From: a virus
Taxonomy: Duplodnaviria > Caudoviricetes
Direction: 5' to 3' (one strand)
Length of the DNA: 53,807 nucleotides
IMG/VR virus record: IMGVR_UViG_3300010354_000118
Location: 1-53,807 of that record
The notes beneath the pieces were generated by a model, which saw nothing but the letters and a program-made list of their open reading frames with translations, was not told where the DNA came from and searched no databases. This document shows positions 8,466-19,600 of this stretch, one piece after another. The translations under genes and the position numbers were made by a program. How positions within the stretch are numbered: the first letter of the stretch is position 1; each line of letters begins with the position of its first letter.

Positions 8466-9053
8466 ATGAAACATGTTGGAAGAATGAAAAACAATGGTGC
8501 GAAGATAGCAGTGGCCTATAGAACCATTCCGGGAGATCCTCATAGTTGTCTTGTAATTGCAACTAACGGTTTACCTGATGCATTTCATGATGCTTTCATG
8601 AGTGTATTAGAAAGCGATAGTGGTCAACAAGCAGACGAATTAGCTGACATACTGACCGCAAGGCGTTTTCCAGACGGCAGTAATATGCTGGGCTATCTAC
8701 ACACAAATAACCTCTTAACCAAGGTTAAAACGTCAGCAGTAAATATTTTACCCAATAACAATACCAGTATCTCGCTTGACGAACTCAATCTACTTATTGC
8801 CCAACAAAAGGGTATAGCGTTAGAGGAGCTCGCAGTCAAAAGTGAATCAGGACAAAAAGTACCTGAGAAAAATGCTGAGCCTGTAAAAATTGAAGAAGCT
8901 CCTGCTGCTCCTAAACAAGAGTTTGAGTTAACACCAACTGAATTAAGATCTAGAGCAGATGCTCTATTCAAACAGGCTCAACAACTACGCAAAAAAGCCG
9001 ACGAACTGGATCCTCCTAAAAAGAAAGTCAAAGCTGAAAAGGTAGAACAATGA
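8466..9053 (+). CDS. hypothetical protein
   Basis: 195-aa ORF with AAGGA RBS and a charged C-terminal helix. Confidence 0.8.
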   Translation: MKHVGRMKNNGAKIAVAYRTIPGDPHSCLVIATNGLPDAFHDAFMSVLESDSGQQADELADILTARRFPDGSNMLGYLHTNNLLTKVKTSAVNILPNNNTSISLDELNLLIAQQKGIALEELAVKSESGQKVPEKNAEPVKIEEAPAAPKQEFELTPTELRSRADALFKQAQQLRKKADELDPPKKKVKAEKVEQ

Positions 9054-9229
9054 CAAATCTAAAAGTAGGTGATATAGTTGAGAAAGTTTCAGGCTATAAA
9101 TGGCCCGGAGTAGTAGTATCAGTTTTCCATACACTGGCAGGTGAAAAGAGAGTAGTGGTTGAATGCACAGTAGCTGAAGTAAAAGGCGCTCTACATATCT
9201 ATAACGAGTCACAGCTTAAAATAACATGA
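9050..9229 (+). CDS. DfrB/R67 (type II dihydrofolate reductase)-like SH3-fold protein, 59 aa, not in ORF track
   Basis: MTNLKVGDIVEKVSGYKWPGVVVSVFHTLAGEKRVVVECTVAEVKGALHIYNESQLKIT*; ATGA overlaps at both ends; aligns by eye with R67 GDRVRKKSGAAWQG...AVE...GSVQIYP. Confidence 0.7.
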   Translation: MTNLKVGDIVEKVSGYKWPGVVVSVFHTLAGEKRVVVECTVAEVKGALHIYNESQLKIT

Positions 9230-10098
9230 ATGAAGATCTATATCTAGATTCTCTTAGAGATATTCTTGAAACAGGAGAATCTAGACCTGACAGAACTGGC
9301 ACAGGTACCATATCGAAATTTGGTCTACAATTAAGATTTAATTTGCAAAAAGGATTTCCTGCTGTTACCACTAAAAAACTAGCATGGCGTAGTGTAGTCA
9401 GCGAACTATTATGGTTCATAGAAGGCAGCGGTAATGAACATAGGTTACAAGAAATACTCTACGGTAATGCAGGTTCACATAAAACTATATGGACAGATAA
9501 CCTGAATGCAGACTATTGGAAGCCTAAAAAGAAACATGCAGGGGACCTAGGTAGAATCTATGGAGTCCAATGGCGTACTTGGCGTGCGCCCGTGTTAGGT
9601 GTTAACAAAATGGGGTTGAAGCATATTGATCAACTCACAGAATTAGTAAATGGTCTAAAACAAGATCCCATGTCTCGAAGGCATATCATAACTGCATGGA
9701 ATCCAGGGGAACTACATTTAATGGCTCTACCACCCTGTCATATGATGGCTCAGTTTTATGTTAATAATCTAAATCAGTTGAGCTGTCAAATGTACCAAAG
9801 GTCCGCCGATATGTTTTTGGGAGTGCCATTTAACATTGCATCGTATGCTCTATTAACTCATATGCTAGCACAGGTATGCGACCTAACTGTAAAAGAGTTA
9901 ATAATTGTATTTGGAGATGCGCATATCTATAGGGATCATGTTCAACAGGTACGTGAACAACTTACAAGAACACCATTATCTAGTCCCAGTATTAGATTGA
10001 ATCCAGCTATTAAAAATATTTTAGAGTTTAGCATGGACGACATTACATTAGAAAACTACGAATCGCTGGGCCCCATCAAGGCCAGTATGAGTATCTAG
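9226..10098 (+). CDS. thyA: thymidylate synthase
   Basis: DRTGTGT, ELLWF, YGVQWR, SRRHI, MALPPCH, YQRSADMFLGVPFNIASY, GDAHIY. Confidence 0.97.
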   Translation: MNEDLYLDSLRDILETGESRPDRTGTGTISKFGLQLRFNLQKGFPAVTTKKLAWRSVVSELLWFIEGSGNEHRLQEILYGNAGSHKTIWTDNLNADYWKPKKKHAGDLGRIYGVQWRTWRAPVLGVNKMGLKHIDQLTELVNGLKQDPMSRRHIITAWNPGELHLMALPPCHMMAQFYVNNLNQLSCQMYQRSADMFLGVPFNIASYALLTHMLAQVCDLTVKELIIVFGDAHIYRDHVQQVREQLTRTPLSSPSIRLNPAIKNILEFSMDDITLENYESLGPIKASMSI

Positions 10099-11300
10099 GC
10101 AACCATTACTTCTATAACACCCTGCCCGTCCGAGTGATTGGATTGTAGAGCTCTGGCAAATACAGCATTAGGACTATCTGACTTTTCAAATGATCTAGCA
10201 TGCCCTGGTACACTACTGGTTACTAATAAATCCCCCTTGTGAACACGCCCAACTACTTGGCAAGGTAATCTTCCTTTCAGTGCTAGATAGGGATGTGTTA
10301 GATCTGTACCAGCATCTTGATTCATTTTAAAAGCAGGTTTTTCGCTCACTATACCTGCTACAGCTACATCAGCAGATGTTGAACATATAGTAACATCATA
10401 TTTTCCGCCTATAACTAATACAGTGCCTGGAGCATATTCTGCGTCAGCGTGATAACGTTCTGCAATATCAGCATAGGTAGCATGTAAACTAGAACCAGCA
10501 GTTAATGTCCATGCCCCTTCGATGGTACCTGGCAGTACAGGACTACCTGTACTAATTCTAGTTATATTACCAAGTTCTGTTATATTAATGAGAGAGGAAA
10601 TACTACTTTCCAAAACATAATTACTAGCAGGCAAACCATTTAATCGTTTAGAATCTGCTGCTGTACCCCAAAACCAATAATCTTGGCTAGTAGAAGTACC
10701 AGTAATATTATCAGCAGTTTTAAGAGTCACACCTTTTTTAATTTTAGTAAATTCACTAGATAATGGATGACTAGCAGCTACAGTAAATTCATAATTACTT
10801 AAAACTGCCACAGTTTGATCAGCTATCATTAACTTAATAATATTATAGGTAATATCACTGTCAGATAGAATCTGAGTTGTAGCAAGTGTGCCTGACCCGC
10901 TTTCATTTCCACTGCCAGCGTTTGGTCCTATTAATAATAGTTTACCAGCACTTTTAATATATAAAAGTTGAGAAAACTTATCAAACCAAAAATCACCTTC
11001 GGCTAGATCCGTTGGCTCATCTGAACTTGTAGAACTTTGCAGTACATTATTCCATCTTACACCATCATATACTTTAAGTCTTTTACTAGCTGAATCATAC
11101 CATAACTGGCCAGTAATAGGTTTTCCCGGGGGTGAAATATTTGAAAAATTTTCTAGAAGTCTTACAAGATTTTCGTTTACAACTTGTCCATATCCAGCAT
11201 AATTCTTACCAACCAGTTTTAGATCAGTGGTAAGATTAAGAGTTCCATCAGCTATCGATGTAAGCGTTACTCCGTTTGTTCTAAAAAGTGTATATGGCAT
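10095..11300 (-). CDS. tail fibre-like protein with probable C-terminal intramolecular-chaperone (peptidase G2-like) domain
   Basis: Shared N-terminal module (LVGKN..GYG...NEN...LLENF...P..GQLWYD); C-terminal YADIAERY...GTVL...GIVSEKP...LKGRLPC...KGDLLVTS. Confidence 0.7.
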   Translation of the reverse strand: MPYTLFRTNGVTLTSIADGTLNLTTDLKLVGKNYAGYGQVVNENLVRLLENFSNISPPGKPITGQLWYDSASKRLKVYDGVRWNNVLQSSTSSDEPTDLAEGDFWFDKFSQLLYIKSAGKLLLIGPNAGSGNESGSGTLATTQILSDSDITYNIIKLMIADQTVAVLSNYEFTVAASHPLSSEFTKIKKGVTLKTADNITGTSTSQDYWFWGTAADSKRLNGLPASNYVLESSISSLINITELGNITRISTGSPVLPGTIEGAWTLTAGSSLHATYADIAERYHADAEYAPGTVLVIGGKYDVTICSTSADVAVAGIVSEKPAFKMNQDAGTDLTHPYLALKGRLPCQVVGRVHKGDLLVTSSVPGHARSFEKSDSPNAVFARALQSNHSDGQGVIEVMVA

Positions 11301-11311
11301 AGTTACTCCGA

Positions 11312-12235
11312 CTAAACAACCTTAATAATATATGCCAAAGCATAGTATGGATTGATAATATTAATCTCAGCCTGTCCTACTGAATTAGTGCTTCCTGCTA
11401 CCTGATGAGAATGATCCTGGGTATTTTCTCCTAGTGTGATGGTATGATTGTGCGAACCAGCAGAACCTGTTAACCAAAAAGTACCATTTCCGCCACCATA
11501 AGTTGACCTAGCATCATATTGAAAATTTCCCACAGTTGTTCCAGGCCATCCAGATTGACCTGCTCCAAATGCAAGTTGGTCATCACCTGGCATAATATGA
11601 GCGTGACTGTCTGCAGCATTACTTACTCCAGAATGACTGTGACCTTGACTTTGCCCGCTAGATACAGCGGAAAAATTATGACTATGAGCTACGACTTGTG
11701 AAATAGTCGCACTACCTCCTGTAGAATCAACCGCAGGAGTTGAGGTTCCAGCACCTAAAATAAATTTATTTCTTAGATCGGGAATTCTTTGACCATTTAC
11801 TGCTACATCATTATTACCATCACATAATCTCCAACCTGACGGAATATTGTTGGCTGCGCCACTCCAGAGAAGAATAACACCTTTAGGAACTACTCTGTGT
11901 ACGAATCTTGTTGTGGCAAAAACATCTTCATTTGAATCTACAGGATAGGTTGTTACACTAGCATCAAAAGGTCCAAGAGGTTGAAATCCTTGATCTGTTT
12001 TTACCTGTATTTGTTGATTAGTAGTATCAAACCATAATTGACCTAGCGTAGCATTTGTTGGCTCGGAGTTACCAGCGAAATTTTCAAGTAATTTTATAAA
12101 ATTTTCATTTTGAACTTTTCCGTAGTCAGTAGACATTTTACCTATAAGGGTAAGGCTAGTCAATGACGTATTTTTAACCCCGTCTTCTAGATTAATCAAT
12201 AATGTTCCGTCGCTCTTTCTTATACTATAGGGCAT
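11312..12235 (-). CDS. short tail fibre / tail-collar domain protein
   Basis: Same N-terminal module; collar motif PKGVILLWSG..IPSGWRLCDG..PDLRNKF; HSH/HNH metal-binding repeats; PYYALAYIIK end. Confidence 0.8.
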   Translation of the reverse strand: MPYSIRKSDGTLLINLEDGVKNTSLTSLTLIGKMSTDYGKVQNENFIKLLENFAGNSEPTNATLGQLWFDTTNQQIQVKTDQGFQPLGPFDASVTTYPVDSNEDVFATTRFVHRVVPKGVILLWSGAANNIPSGWRLCDGNNDVAVNGQRIPDLRNKFILGAGTSTPAVDSTGGSATISQVVAHSHNFSAVSSGQSQGHSHSGVSNAADSHAHIMPGDDQLAFGAGQSGWPGTTVGNFQYDARSTYGGGNGTFWLTGSAGSHNHTITLGENTQDHSHQVAGSTNSVGQAEINIINPYYALAYIIKVV

Positions 12236-12244
12236 TATTATTCC

Positions 12245-14464
12245 TTAATTGATATTCCTATACCATTTCCATTCTAATGGAGGGGTGTTATAGACTCTGA
12301 ATTCTTTGATAGTGTATACAATAGTTGCCTTGGTAGAAGTATTCACGTTGGTAGCTCCTACGTTTTGTAATACATTAACCTGTGATCCGCCTGGATAACT
12401 CATTACAGCACTAAATGATTTTGTCAGTGATATTGGAGGTGCTGTAAGTGGAATAGTATGAGTTATACACAAGACCCGAGCTCTAAAACCTTCAGGTAAA
12501 TTATACTTGGTATCATCTGGATATTCAAAAGTTGGAACATTGACAGGCGGCGTGAGTAGATTCAATAATTGTTCAATTTCAGTGTTAGGAGCTAACATAT
12601 TTGTTATATCTACAGTTGCTACATATCCTTTGAGAGCAGCTATGGTAAATTGATCTTGAACATACTGAGCGTTGGCAGCATCGTTTAGGTCTAAAGGATA
12701 TGCTACATTACGAATTTTATTATTCGCAGCATCTAATTCACCTGTGCCGCTGTCTAAAATTAGATCATTTATAATTACCTCCGAACCAGAATCTATAACG
12801 GCTGTAGTCACTGATAGAGTATTAGTAACACTAGTCTGTACTGTTACAACTGTAGAAGTATTGCTGATAACCTGTTTAACAGTATAGACGCCATTAAAAT
12901 CACCAGTTGTAGTTAATCCGGCAACTTCAACTACTAACCCAGGATGAACTAACGGCAAAGGACCTGCGAATTGTAGAGTCATTGCACTATTTGGACTGGT
13001 TGCTGTAGCAGTGAACGCTATTAAAACTCTTGACAAAGATGTATTGCTTATGCCAGTTGGTTTAACAAGTACATTGGTTACGGTCAGTTCTTCTAATATG
13101 CCCAATCTAGTAAGATTAGATCCTATTACATCTACACCAAGACTAGTTCTTGACAGCGTGGCGGTATCACCTAGGTATAGACTACTTCCGCTAGTAGTAG
13201 CTAGATTTATATTAGACATCCATGCTGTAAGCGAATTGTTGTAGGTGAAAGTTTTATTTACTGCTGAAGAACGAAGAGTAATTCCACCACCATTTATCTG
13301 CGCATCACTTAACGGAGAGGTAGTGGCTGCAAGTTCAATATTAATATCGTCTACAGTCAACATCACTGTATTAATAATAGTTTGTGTTCCGTTGACGATA
13401 AGATCCTTGTTTACTGTAAGTGTGTTAGATATAATCACTGATCCAGTGACATCAAGTTCAGCCTGTGGGCTAATATTGTTTATTCCTACCCTGTCATTTA
13501 GTAATGTTATAACATCAACATCACCACTAGGTGTAGTCTGGCGAAATCTTAGAGGTTGATTTTGATTAAGAGAATGAACAATTGATAATCTATTCGGCAC
13601 TGTGCCTGCAACATAGATATTTAGATCAGGAGTTCCTCCAGGATGAACTCCGTTTGACCCTATATAGAGACCCCCTGGGTCACTACCTGTTGTAGGCCAT
13701 GCTCCTGGAAATCTAGTAAACACAGGATCAATGCCCATTCTTATATCATTTTTGATCCAAATACTGCCTGTTGTAATTGTATCTGCAAAAGTATACATAA
13801 AATCAGTCAGAGTATTAAGACTTAATACTGTCTTAGCAGCAGTAGCAGTACCATTGAATTCCAAAGGTAAGTTACTACTTAATGTTAGGCCTGCCTGACC
13901 TGACAGTATACCACCTGCTTTATCTGCATCTGCTCCAGTAATAGAGAATGAAGAAGTTGAAATTACTGCTATTACTCTGCCGTTGCTGTAGAGCTTGGTT
14001 AATGGAAAATAAGTACCACTGCCGTCTCTAATCAGTTCAGTGAATATACCTGATTTACCGTATTGAGGATTATAATTTGGACCTACCAAAGTCAGCTGAA
14101 CACCGTCTTTGGTAAAATACATTTGAGTACTGGTAGTATCGATTAATATATCACCAGGTTCTAGTCCTGAATACGGTATGGTTCCTAGCGTAGTTGGTTT
14201 AATTTCATTAAAAACACCTGTCTTAGAAAAGATCTTAAGACGCTGTGCCAAAGTGTCGTACCATAATTGTCCCACAAGTGGGGCTCTCGGTTGACTGTTT
14301 GATGCGAAATTTTGAAGAATATTAACAAAATTAGTATTCAGTGATTCACCATAAGAATCTATATTTTTTCCTATAAGTGTTATACTGGTTGTAACCTTGT
14401 CTATTTCATTTTCAGGTAGTGTAACCAGTATAGAACCATCAGAATTTTTTATAGAATATGACAT
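12245..14464 (-). CDS. tail fibre-like structural protein
   Basis: Same N-terminal module; RVGINNISPQAELDVTG beta-helix repeat; T/S-rich. Confidence 0.7.
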   Translation of the reverse strand: MSYSIKNSDGSILVTLPENEIDKVTTSITLIGKNIDSYGESLNTNFVNILQNFASNSQPRAPLVGQLWYDTLAQRLKIFSKTGVFNEIKPTTLGTIPYSGLEPGDILIDTTSTQMYFTKDGVQLTLVGPNYNPQYGKSGIFTELIRDGSGTYFPLTKLYSNGRVIAVISTSSFSITGADADKAGGILSGQAGLTLSSNLPLEFNGTATAAKTVLSLNTLTDFMYTFADTITTGSIWIKNDIRMGIDPVFTRFPGAWPTTGSDPGGLYIGSNGVHPGGTPDLNIYVAGTVPNRLSIVHSLNQNQPLRFRQTTPSGDVDVITLLNDRVGINNISPQAELDVTGSVIISNTLTVNKDLIVNGTQTIINTVMLTVDDINIELAATTSPLSDAQINGGGITLRSSAVNKTFTYNNSLTAWMSNINLATTSGSSLYLGDTATLSRTSLGVDVIGSNLTRLGILEELTVTNVLVKPTGISNTSLSRVLIAFTATATSPNSAMTLQFAGPLPLVHPGLVVEVAGLTTTGDFNGVYTVKQVISNTSTVVTVQTSVTNTLSVTTAVIDSGSEVIINDLILDSGTGELDAANNKIRNVAYPLDLNDAANAQYVQDQFTIAALKGYVATVDITNMLAPNTEIEQLLNLLTPPVNVPTFEYPDDTKYNLPEGFRARVLCITHTIPLTAPPISLTKSFSAVMSYPGGSQVNVLQNVGATNVNTSTKATIVYTIKEFRVYNTPPLEWKWYRNIN

Positions 14465-14469
14465 ATTTT

Positions 14470-15954
14470 TTAGGTCTTTATCACATATTTAATTGTTACA
14501 GGAGAACCGTCTGTTACAAGATATTTGGTTCTAAGATCAGGAATTTTTACGTTAGTAGCCGTTGTAGGTGCACCATATGTGGTTCCTAAAACACTTTTTA
14601 ACTGACTATAAGATATTCCAGAAACCTCCGATCCATCGCATTCAAGATAACCATCTGGAACTACTGCTCCAGCATATGGAATAATCATTCCTGTTGAAAC
14701 AAATGCTTTCACAGTTGAGGTAGATATTATACCATTAACATAGATATTTCTAAAAGGAAAAGCAGCACTGCCAATGTCGTAAGTAGCAGTAGTTTTAGGT
14801 TCTATAATTGTGCCTAAACCGCCAGCTTGACCAAGTTCAACTTTAGTTTTGAGGTAAGAACTGCTATTGACAGTTAATGTTTCCCCTGCTCTGAGATCTT
14901 TTACAGCGTTCACACTACCATTAGTGTAAATGCTGTTAGCAGCTGAACTTTGCACAGTTAACTGGCCATCAATATTAACGGTTCCTCCAACATCCAAATC
15001 ATATAACGGCGATTGCTTTTTAATTCCTACACGAAGGTTAGCTCCATCTATGACTAAAAGTTCATCATAAACCAAACTTGATATTGTCTGCTTGGTTCTA
15101 AATCTAAGTCCAGCTCCTGCTACACTGTTGGTAATAACACCATCATTGATAATTTTTTCAAGAAAAAATGATTGAGTATCAAAACCTATACGTACACCGG
15201 CATTTGATTGTATTCTTAAAAAACCATTTATTGTACCAGCAGTATCATTTCTTAAAAAACTATCTGCAGATATAGGCTCTGGCTCACTAGAAATTTTAAG
15301 TTTAAGCGCTGCATCGCTAAAACCCGTAATTGTAGCTGTGGTATTGGCAAAACCTCTCTTAGTGATGTTTAGTCCCGGCATTATTTCTACAAAACCATTT
15401 ATACTGGCTGTAGGAGTAAATTTATCTTTTGAAACTATTGAAATGACTTCATTAGCTAAAAATGTAATTAGACATTCATGAAAAACTCCGTCAGTACCTT
15501 CTATATTTTCAGTATAACTTCCGGTTTTATTTGCAGAATTACTAGGATCAAAACCAACAGGTGTCCATACTCCGTTCCTGTACATCTTTAATTTCAACTG
15601 TGCAGTATCAACCCATAAATCGCCATTCTTAGATGGTAAATTAGGAGGTAGATTAGGATCAGTGGTTCCTGTATAGATGTTTGACGTACTACGCCAGACT
15701 GCACCATCATATACCCTTAAAACCTTATCATGAGGAAGACTGGTATCAAACCATAACTGACCTTCAATAGGCGAGCCAGGCGCTGTTATATATGCGGAAT
15801 TTTCTAATAATGTTATAAAATTTCTTGCAAAAGTCTGTCCATAATTGGCAACATTCTTACCTACTAAGCTAACACTTGTAGTCTGATTAATTGTACCTGT
15901 TGTGACTGTTATAGGAGTTTTAGTAGGATTAGTAAATGTTACACTGTAAGTCAT
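14470..15954 (-). CDS. tail fibre protein with C-terminal tail-collar domain
   Basis: Same N-terminal module; RVGIKKQSP..DLDVGG; C-terminal GMIIPYAG..PDGYLECDG..PDLR. Confidence 0.75.
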   Translation of the reverse strand: MTYSVTFTNPTKTPITVTTGTINQTTSVSLVGKNVANYGQTFARNFITLLENSAYITAPGSPIEGQLWFDTSLPHDKVLRVYDGAVWRSTSNIYTGTTDPNLPPNLPSKNGDLWVDTAQLKLKMYRNGVWTPVGFDPSNSANKTGSYTENIEGTDGVFHECLITFLANEVISIVSKDKFTPTASINGFVEIMPGLNITKRGFANTTATITGFSDAALKLKISSEPEPISADSFLRNDTAGTINGFLRIQSNAGVRIGFDTQSFFLEKIINDGVITNSVAGAGLRFRTKQTISSLVYDELLVIDGANLRVGIKKQSPLYDLDVGGTVNIDGQLTVQSSAANSIYTNGSVNAVKDLRAGETLTVNSSSYLKTKVELGQAGGLGTIIEPKTTATYDIGSAAFPFRNIYVNGIISTSTVKAFVSTGMIIPYAGAVVPDGYLECDGSEVSGISYSQLKSVLGTTYGAPTTATNVKIPDLRTKYLVTDGSPVTIKYVIKT

Positions 15955-15957
15955 TGA

Positions 15958-16626
15958 TTAAACTCCGCTCAAACTCTGAATTCTTATGGTATAGTCTATC
16001 TGTATAAGTCGGTTCAATGTTTTTTGCACAGGGTGAAATATAACATGAGTTAATAATATACCTTGATTAGATCCGTTAGCAGCATAACTACGTAAACCAA
16101 GTTCGTTAAAAACAAAATCACTTTTATTTCCTATAACAATTATGTTATCAAAAGCTGCCTGTCCGGATGGTTCTCCGAAATCTAATAAGCAGCTGACCAA
16201 TACGTCGCTGTAGGGAGCTCCGGTAACATGTCTAACTTCCATAAAATTTCTGCTAGGATCTATAGCATTTGGATTCCTAGCATCAACAGTTTTGTAATAG
16301 GTCTGATTATATAAGCTGGCCGCCGTCCCTACAACATTGGGTGTTAGGTAAGTAATTATTCCAGTTGGATCTATAGTTGTACCGCCATTTCCAAAGCACA
16401 TTTCAGCTATGAAACCAGTTTCTTGATTACTGATACCACTGGCCAAAGCTATGCTAAAATTTTCATAATGTATGGCATTGCGTTTATCAACGAACACTTC
16501 TTGACTTTCTGGATCAAAGATTTTAATGTGTCCCTGCAATACAATACCTGCGGCTTCATTAGGTTTCGCGTCATCTTCTAATTTTTTGTCTGATTCAGGT
16601 ACAATTTTGTCATTTTCAGTTTTCAT
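15958..16626 (-). CDS. baseplate / tail-fibre attachment structural protein
   Basis: GHIKIFD, FGNGGT, FNELGL, THVIFHPVQK..NR.IQIDYTIRI; located in the tail module with TAAATA 5 nt upstream. Confidence 0.6.
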   Translation of the reverse strand: MKTENDKIVPESDKKLEDDAKPNEAAGIVLQGHIKIFDPESQEVFVDKRNAIHYENFSIALASGISNQETGFIAEMCFGNGGTTIDPTGIITYLTPNVVGTAASLYNQTYYKTVDARNPNAIDPSRNFMEVRHVTGAPYSDVLVSCLLDFGEPSGQAAFDNIIVIGNKSDFVFNELGLRSYAANGSNQGILLTHVIFHPVQKTLNRLIQIDYTIRIQSLSGV

Positions 16627-16631
16627 GTTGA

Positions 16632-16638
16632 TATTTAT
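16632..16638 (-). promoter_or_regulatory. late promoter core ATAAATA
   Basis: Plus-strand tatttat, 5 nt upstream of the ATG at 16626. Confidence 0.6.
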
Positions 16639-16652
16639 TCCAATTAATTCTA

Positions 16653-19600
16653 CTAGAAGCCGACTGGGATTATAGGTTTGGTATTTGTACTTGGAAACTG
16701 TCTAAAATAAGCCCAATTGTTTCCTCCCCATATAACTCTGACTGCTCCTGATGCTCCTAAACCTTGGTAAGCTCCTCCCCCACCAAATAATGCACCGTTT
16801 CTAGATACTATAGAAACTCCGTTTTGACTTAGAGTATCTCCAGCATGGGGATCAGCTGTATAACATTCTGGTAATAAACTACCTGTACCCGGATAAACAG
16901 CAGTATGTGTAATTTTTTGATTTGTAGCAGAGTTAACCGTTTCTGTTATCTTTGTTATATAAGATCCGTCTGGACCGAGACCATAAACTTCGGTACCTCC
17001 GCCTCCGGTAGGACTGGGCCCGGAAAGTAAACCTCCAGCACCTCCGCCTCCGAACTGTGAAGGAAGAGTAGATCGTGAATTAAAAGGATATAGTTGTCCT
17101 GCACCACCAGTTGCACTACCAGCTGGACTATACCCGCCGGCACCCCCGCCGGCACCAAGAAATTGTTTATTATTAGGATAATCACTTCCAGGCCCTCCAG
17201 CACCGCCGCCGCCATTACCGGCGAATCCATAGTTCATTGGTCCTCCCATACCTCCTCGTGTATAACCGCCTCTACCTCCATAACCGCAGACTAGTGTTCT
17301 TGAACCAAAATAACTGTCTCCTCCATCTCCTCCTCTTATCGTACCATCAGTTTCAACAAATTCTAGACTTGGAGCACCCCCTTGACCTACTTGTATGAAT
17401 ATTTTTTGTCCCGGTGTTACTTCGATGCTATTTCTGTAGGCTAAACCGCCGCCTCCGCCGCCTGAAGGTTTAACTTTCCAGCTATCTGGATGATTGAAAT
17501 TTGTATTGATAAATCTTGGATCAGGATCTGACGGATCTTCAAAACTTTTTATAGTTGTAGATCCAGACCCTCCTCCACCTATACAAACTACACTGACTTG
17601 AAAAACACCGTCAGGAACTGTCCATTCTATAGTACCAGGAGTTATAAACAAAGCTTCACCATAAGGTGTTCTTGGTCTAAGTTTTATGTTCAATTGCGAA
17701 ACTTTGTTAACATCCGCTCTATCATTAATCTTAAAATCCATAGATCTTCCGTTAGTAGGAAATGGTATACTGAATCGTGGAACTGTGCCTATTGTAGACT
17801 TTTTGAAATTAATTTTCATGGTACCTGTGGTCAAAGGTCTATACAACTCTACAGCCTTTCCAGCTCCATCAGTAGAATCGTAGGCAAAAATCGTTGTAGG
17901 TTCTACCAATTCATACCAATCATAATTGCTTGGGTAGGAAGGCCACGGGGGGGCTAATAATGCGATAGAATAAGTTCCTGTAAAATCAGGATTTCTTGTT
18001 CCTGTACGCCTTCCGTCGTTACTTGGGGAGGGAAGTTTTGATATTATATCGCTGCCTCCCGAACATGAGAATAACACTAGGTCGTTAAGTTTAACATTTT
18101 CACTAAACTGCACTGTCATATATGTTATAGGATCAAACCCTGGCAATGAAGCTGTTTTTGACAAGTATTGCGTATTAATATTATATGTTTGTAGAGTTAG
18201 AGGAACAGGCACAGTACATTGTGTGTAAAATTGGAGTGTCTGCGCAACATTATAACTGGTTAGTGTCAGCGTGTGAAGTGTTCTAGAAGAAGTGGTTAGA
18301 GCTGTTCCTCTTATATAATAATATATAATTCTATCAATATCTGTTTGTACACTATTATCAACAGCTTCAAGAGTGATTCCTGCAGGTAATTGTGGTGATA
18401 TACCTGTAGTGGGTAATGTATTGGTTCCAAAGGCTTTTACAACACCTAGTAATATTCTTTCAAATAAATCTACTTGCAGTGATAATTCTGGATCCCCGGT
18501 GGTAACTCTCAAAGATTGATATCTTTGTATAGACATGGGATTACGAAATGTAGGCGTTAAGGTAAATGTGTTAGCTCTAGACGAAGGACCATAAGTGGCA
18601 GTGATGGTAAACGCTCTAGTTCCTGACCAATTAACAATACCCGATAATGTGGCCGTAGCTTCATTGAAACTAAGTACTCCTTTATCCCCAGATAATGTAT
18701 ACGAAGGTGTGGCTTTATATCTAGATTTTATTTCAGCCAACTTTAAATTTATATAGGAATAGGCTTGAAATGAAGGGTTACTTAATAGTAATAATGTAAA
18801 AAAATTATTATTATTAATAATCTTGTAGGGAAATCTTATAATAACAGGATCTTCCTCATCGTTAATAAAATTCATATCTCTACTTGGATCTCTAACAAAA
18901 TTAGTGTCTATAAAGGCCACACGATTAGGAGTTCCATTTAGATTTATGTCATGAACTCCGCCATTTACGAATGAGAATGAACCTTCTGTCCCTGCAGGAT
19001 TATGTTTGAATAATGAAATCTTGCCTGCATATAATAAATCAGTATCATAATTCGCTGTAGGTAGTGGATTAGAAGGCCAATCTGCCACTACAGGATCTCT
19101 TAAAAAACCTTTTTTAGATTCATTAATCAGAACAGCCTTTAGTTCTCTAGGACTTGGAGCTCTTTTATTATAGGTCATAAATTTGTCTGCCAAAGCAGCC
19201 AGAATACCTGTAACAACTGGGCCTGCACAGCTGGTACCTCCAAACATTCCGTACCAATCATTACCTATTTTCAAACCGGGATAAGCAGAAAACATACTGG
19301 TATCAGCCACTATATCTATACCGTATCCTCTTGCAGAGTAACTGGTTAAAAGAGGCTGTGCATCAGATGACTGCATGGCTGCTACATTTATAACATTATC
19401 ATAACCACCCAATGTTGTTGCTTGTAGAGGAAAATATTCAACCTCTCCGGCTATCTGAGTTTCGGACTGTCCATCTGTTAAATCTGTAATTGTGCCAAAA
19501 CGGCTTTGAGGTTTATATAATATATGCCCCGGTTTAGCGACAATTTTAGTATCTCTCCACTCTTTGGAATCGTATTTGGCATAGTGATTACAGTCATTTG

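Noticed and set aside
9226-10098. Intron or intein in thyA (or in gp46/gp47)
   Set aside because: Continuous ORFs of ordinary length with all motifs in order.
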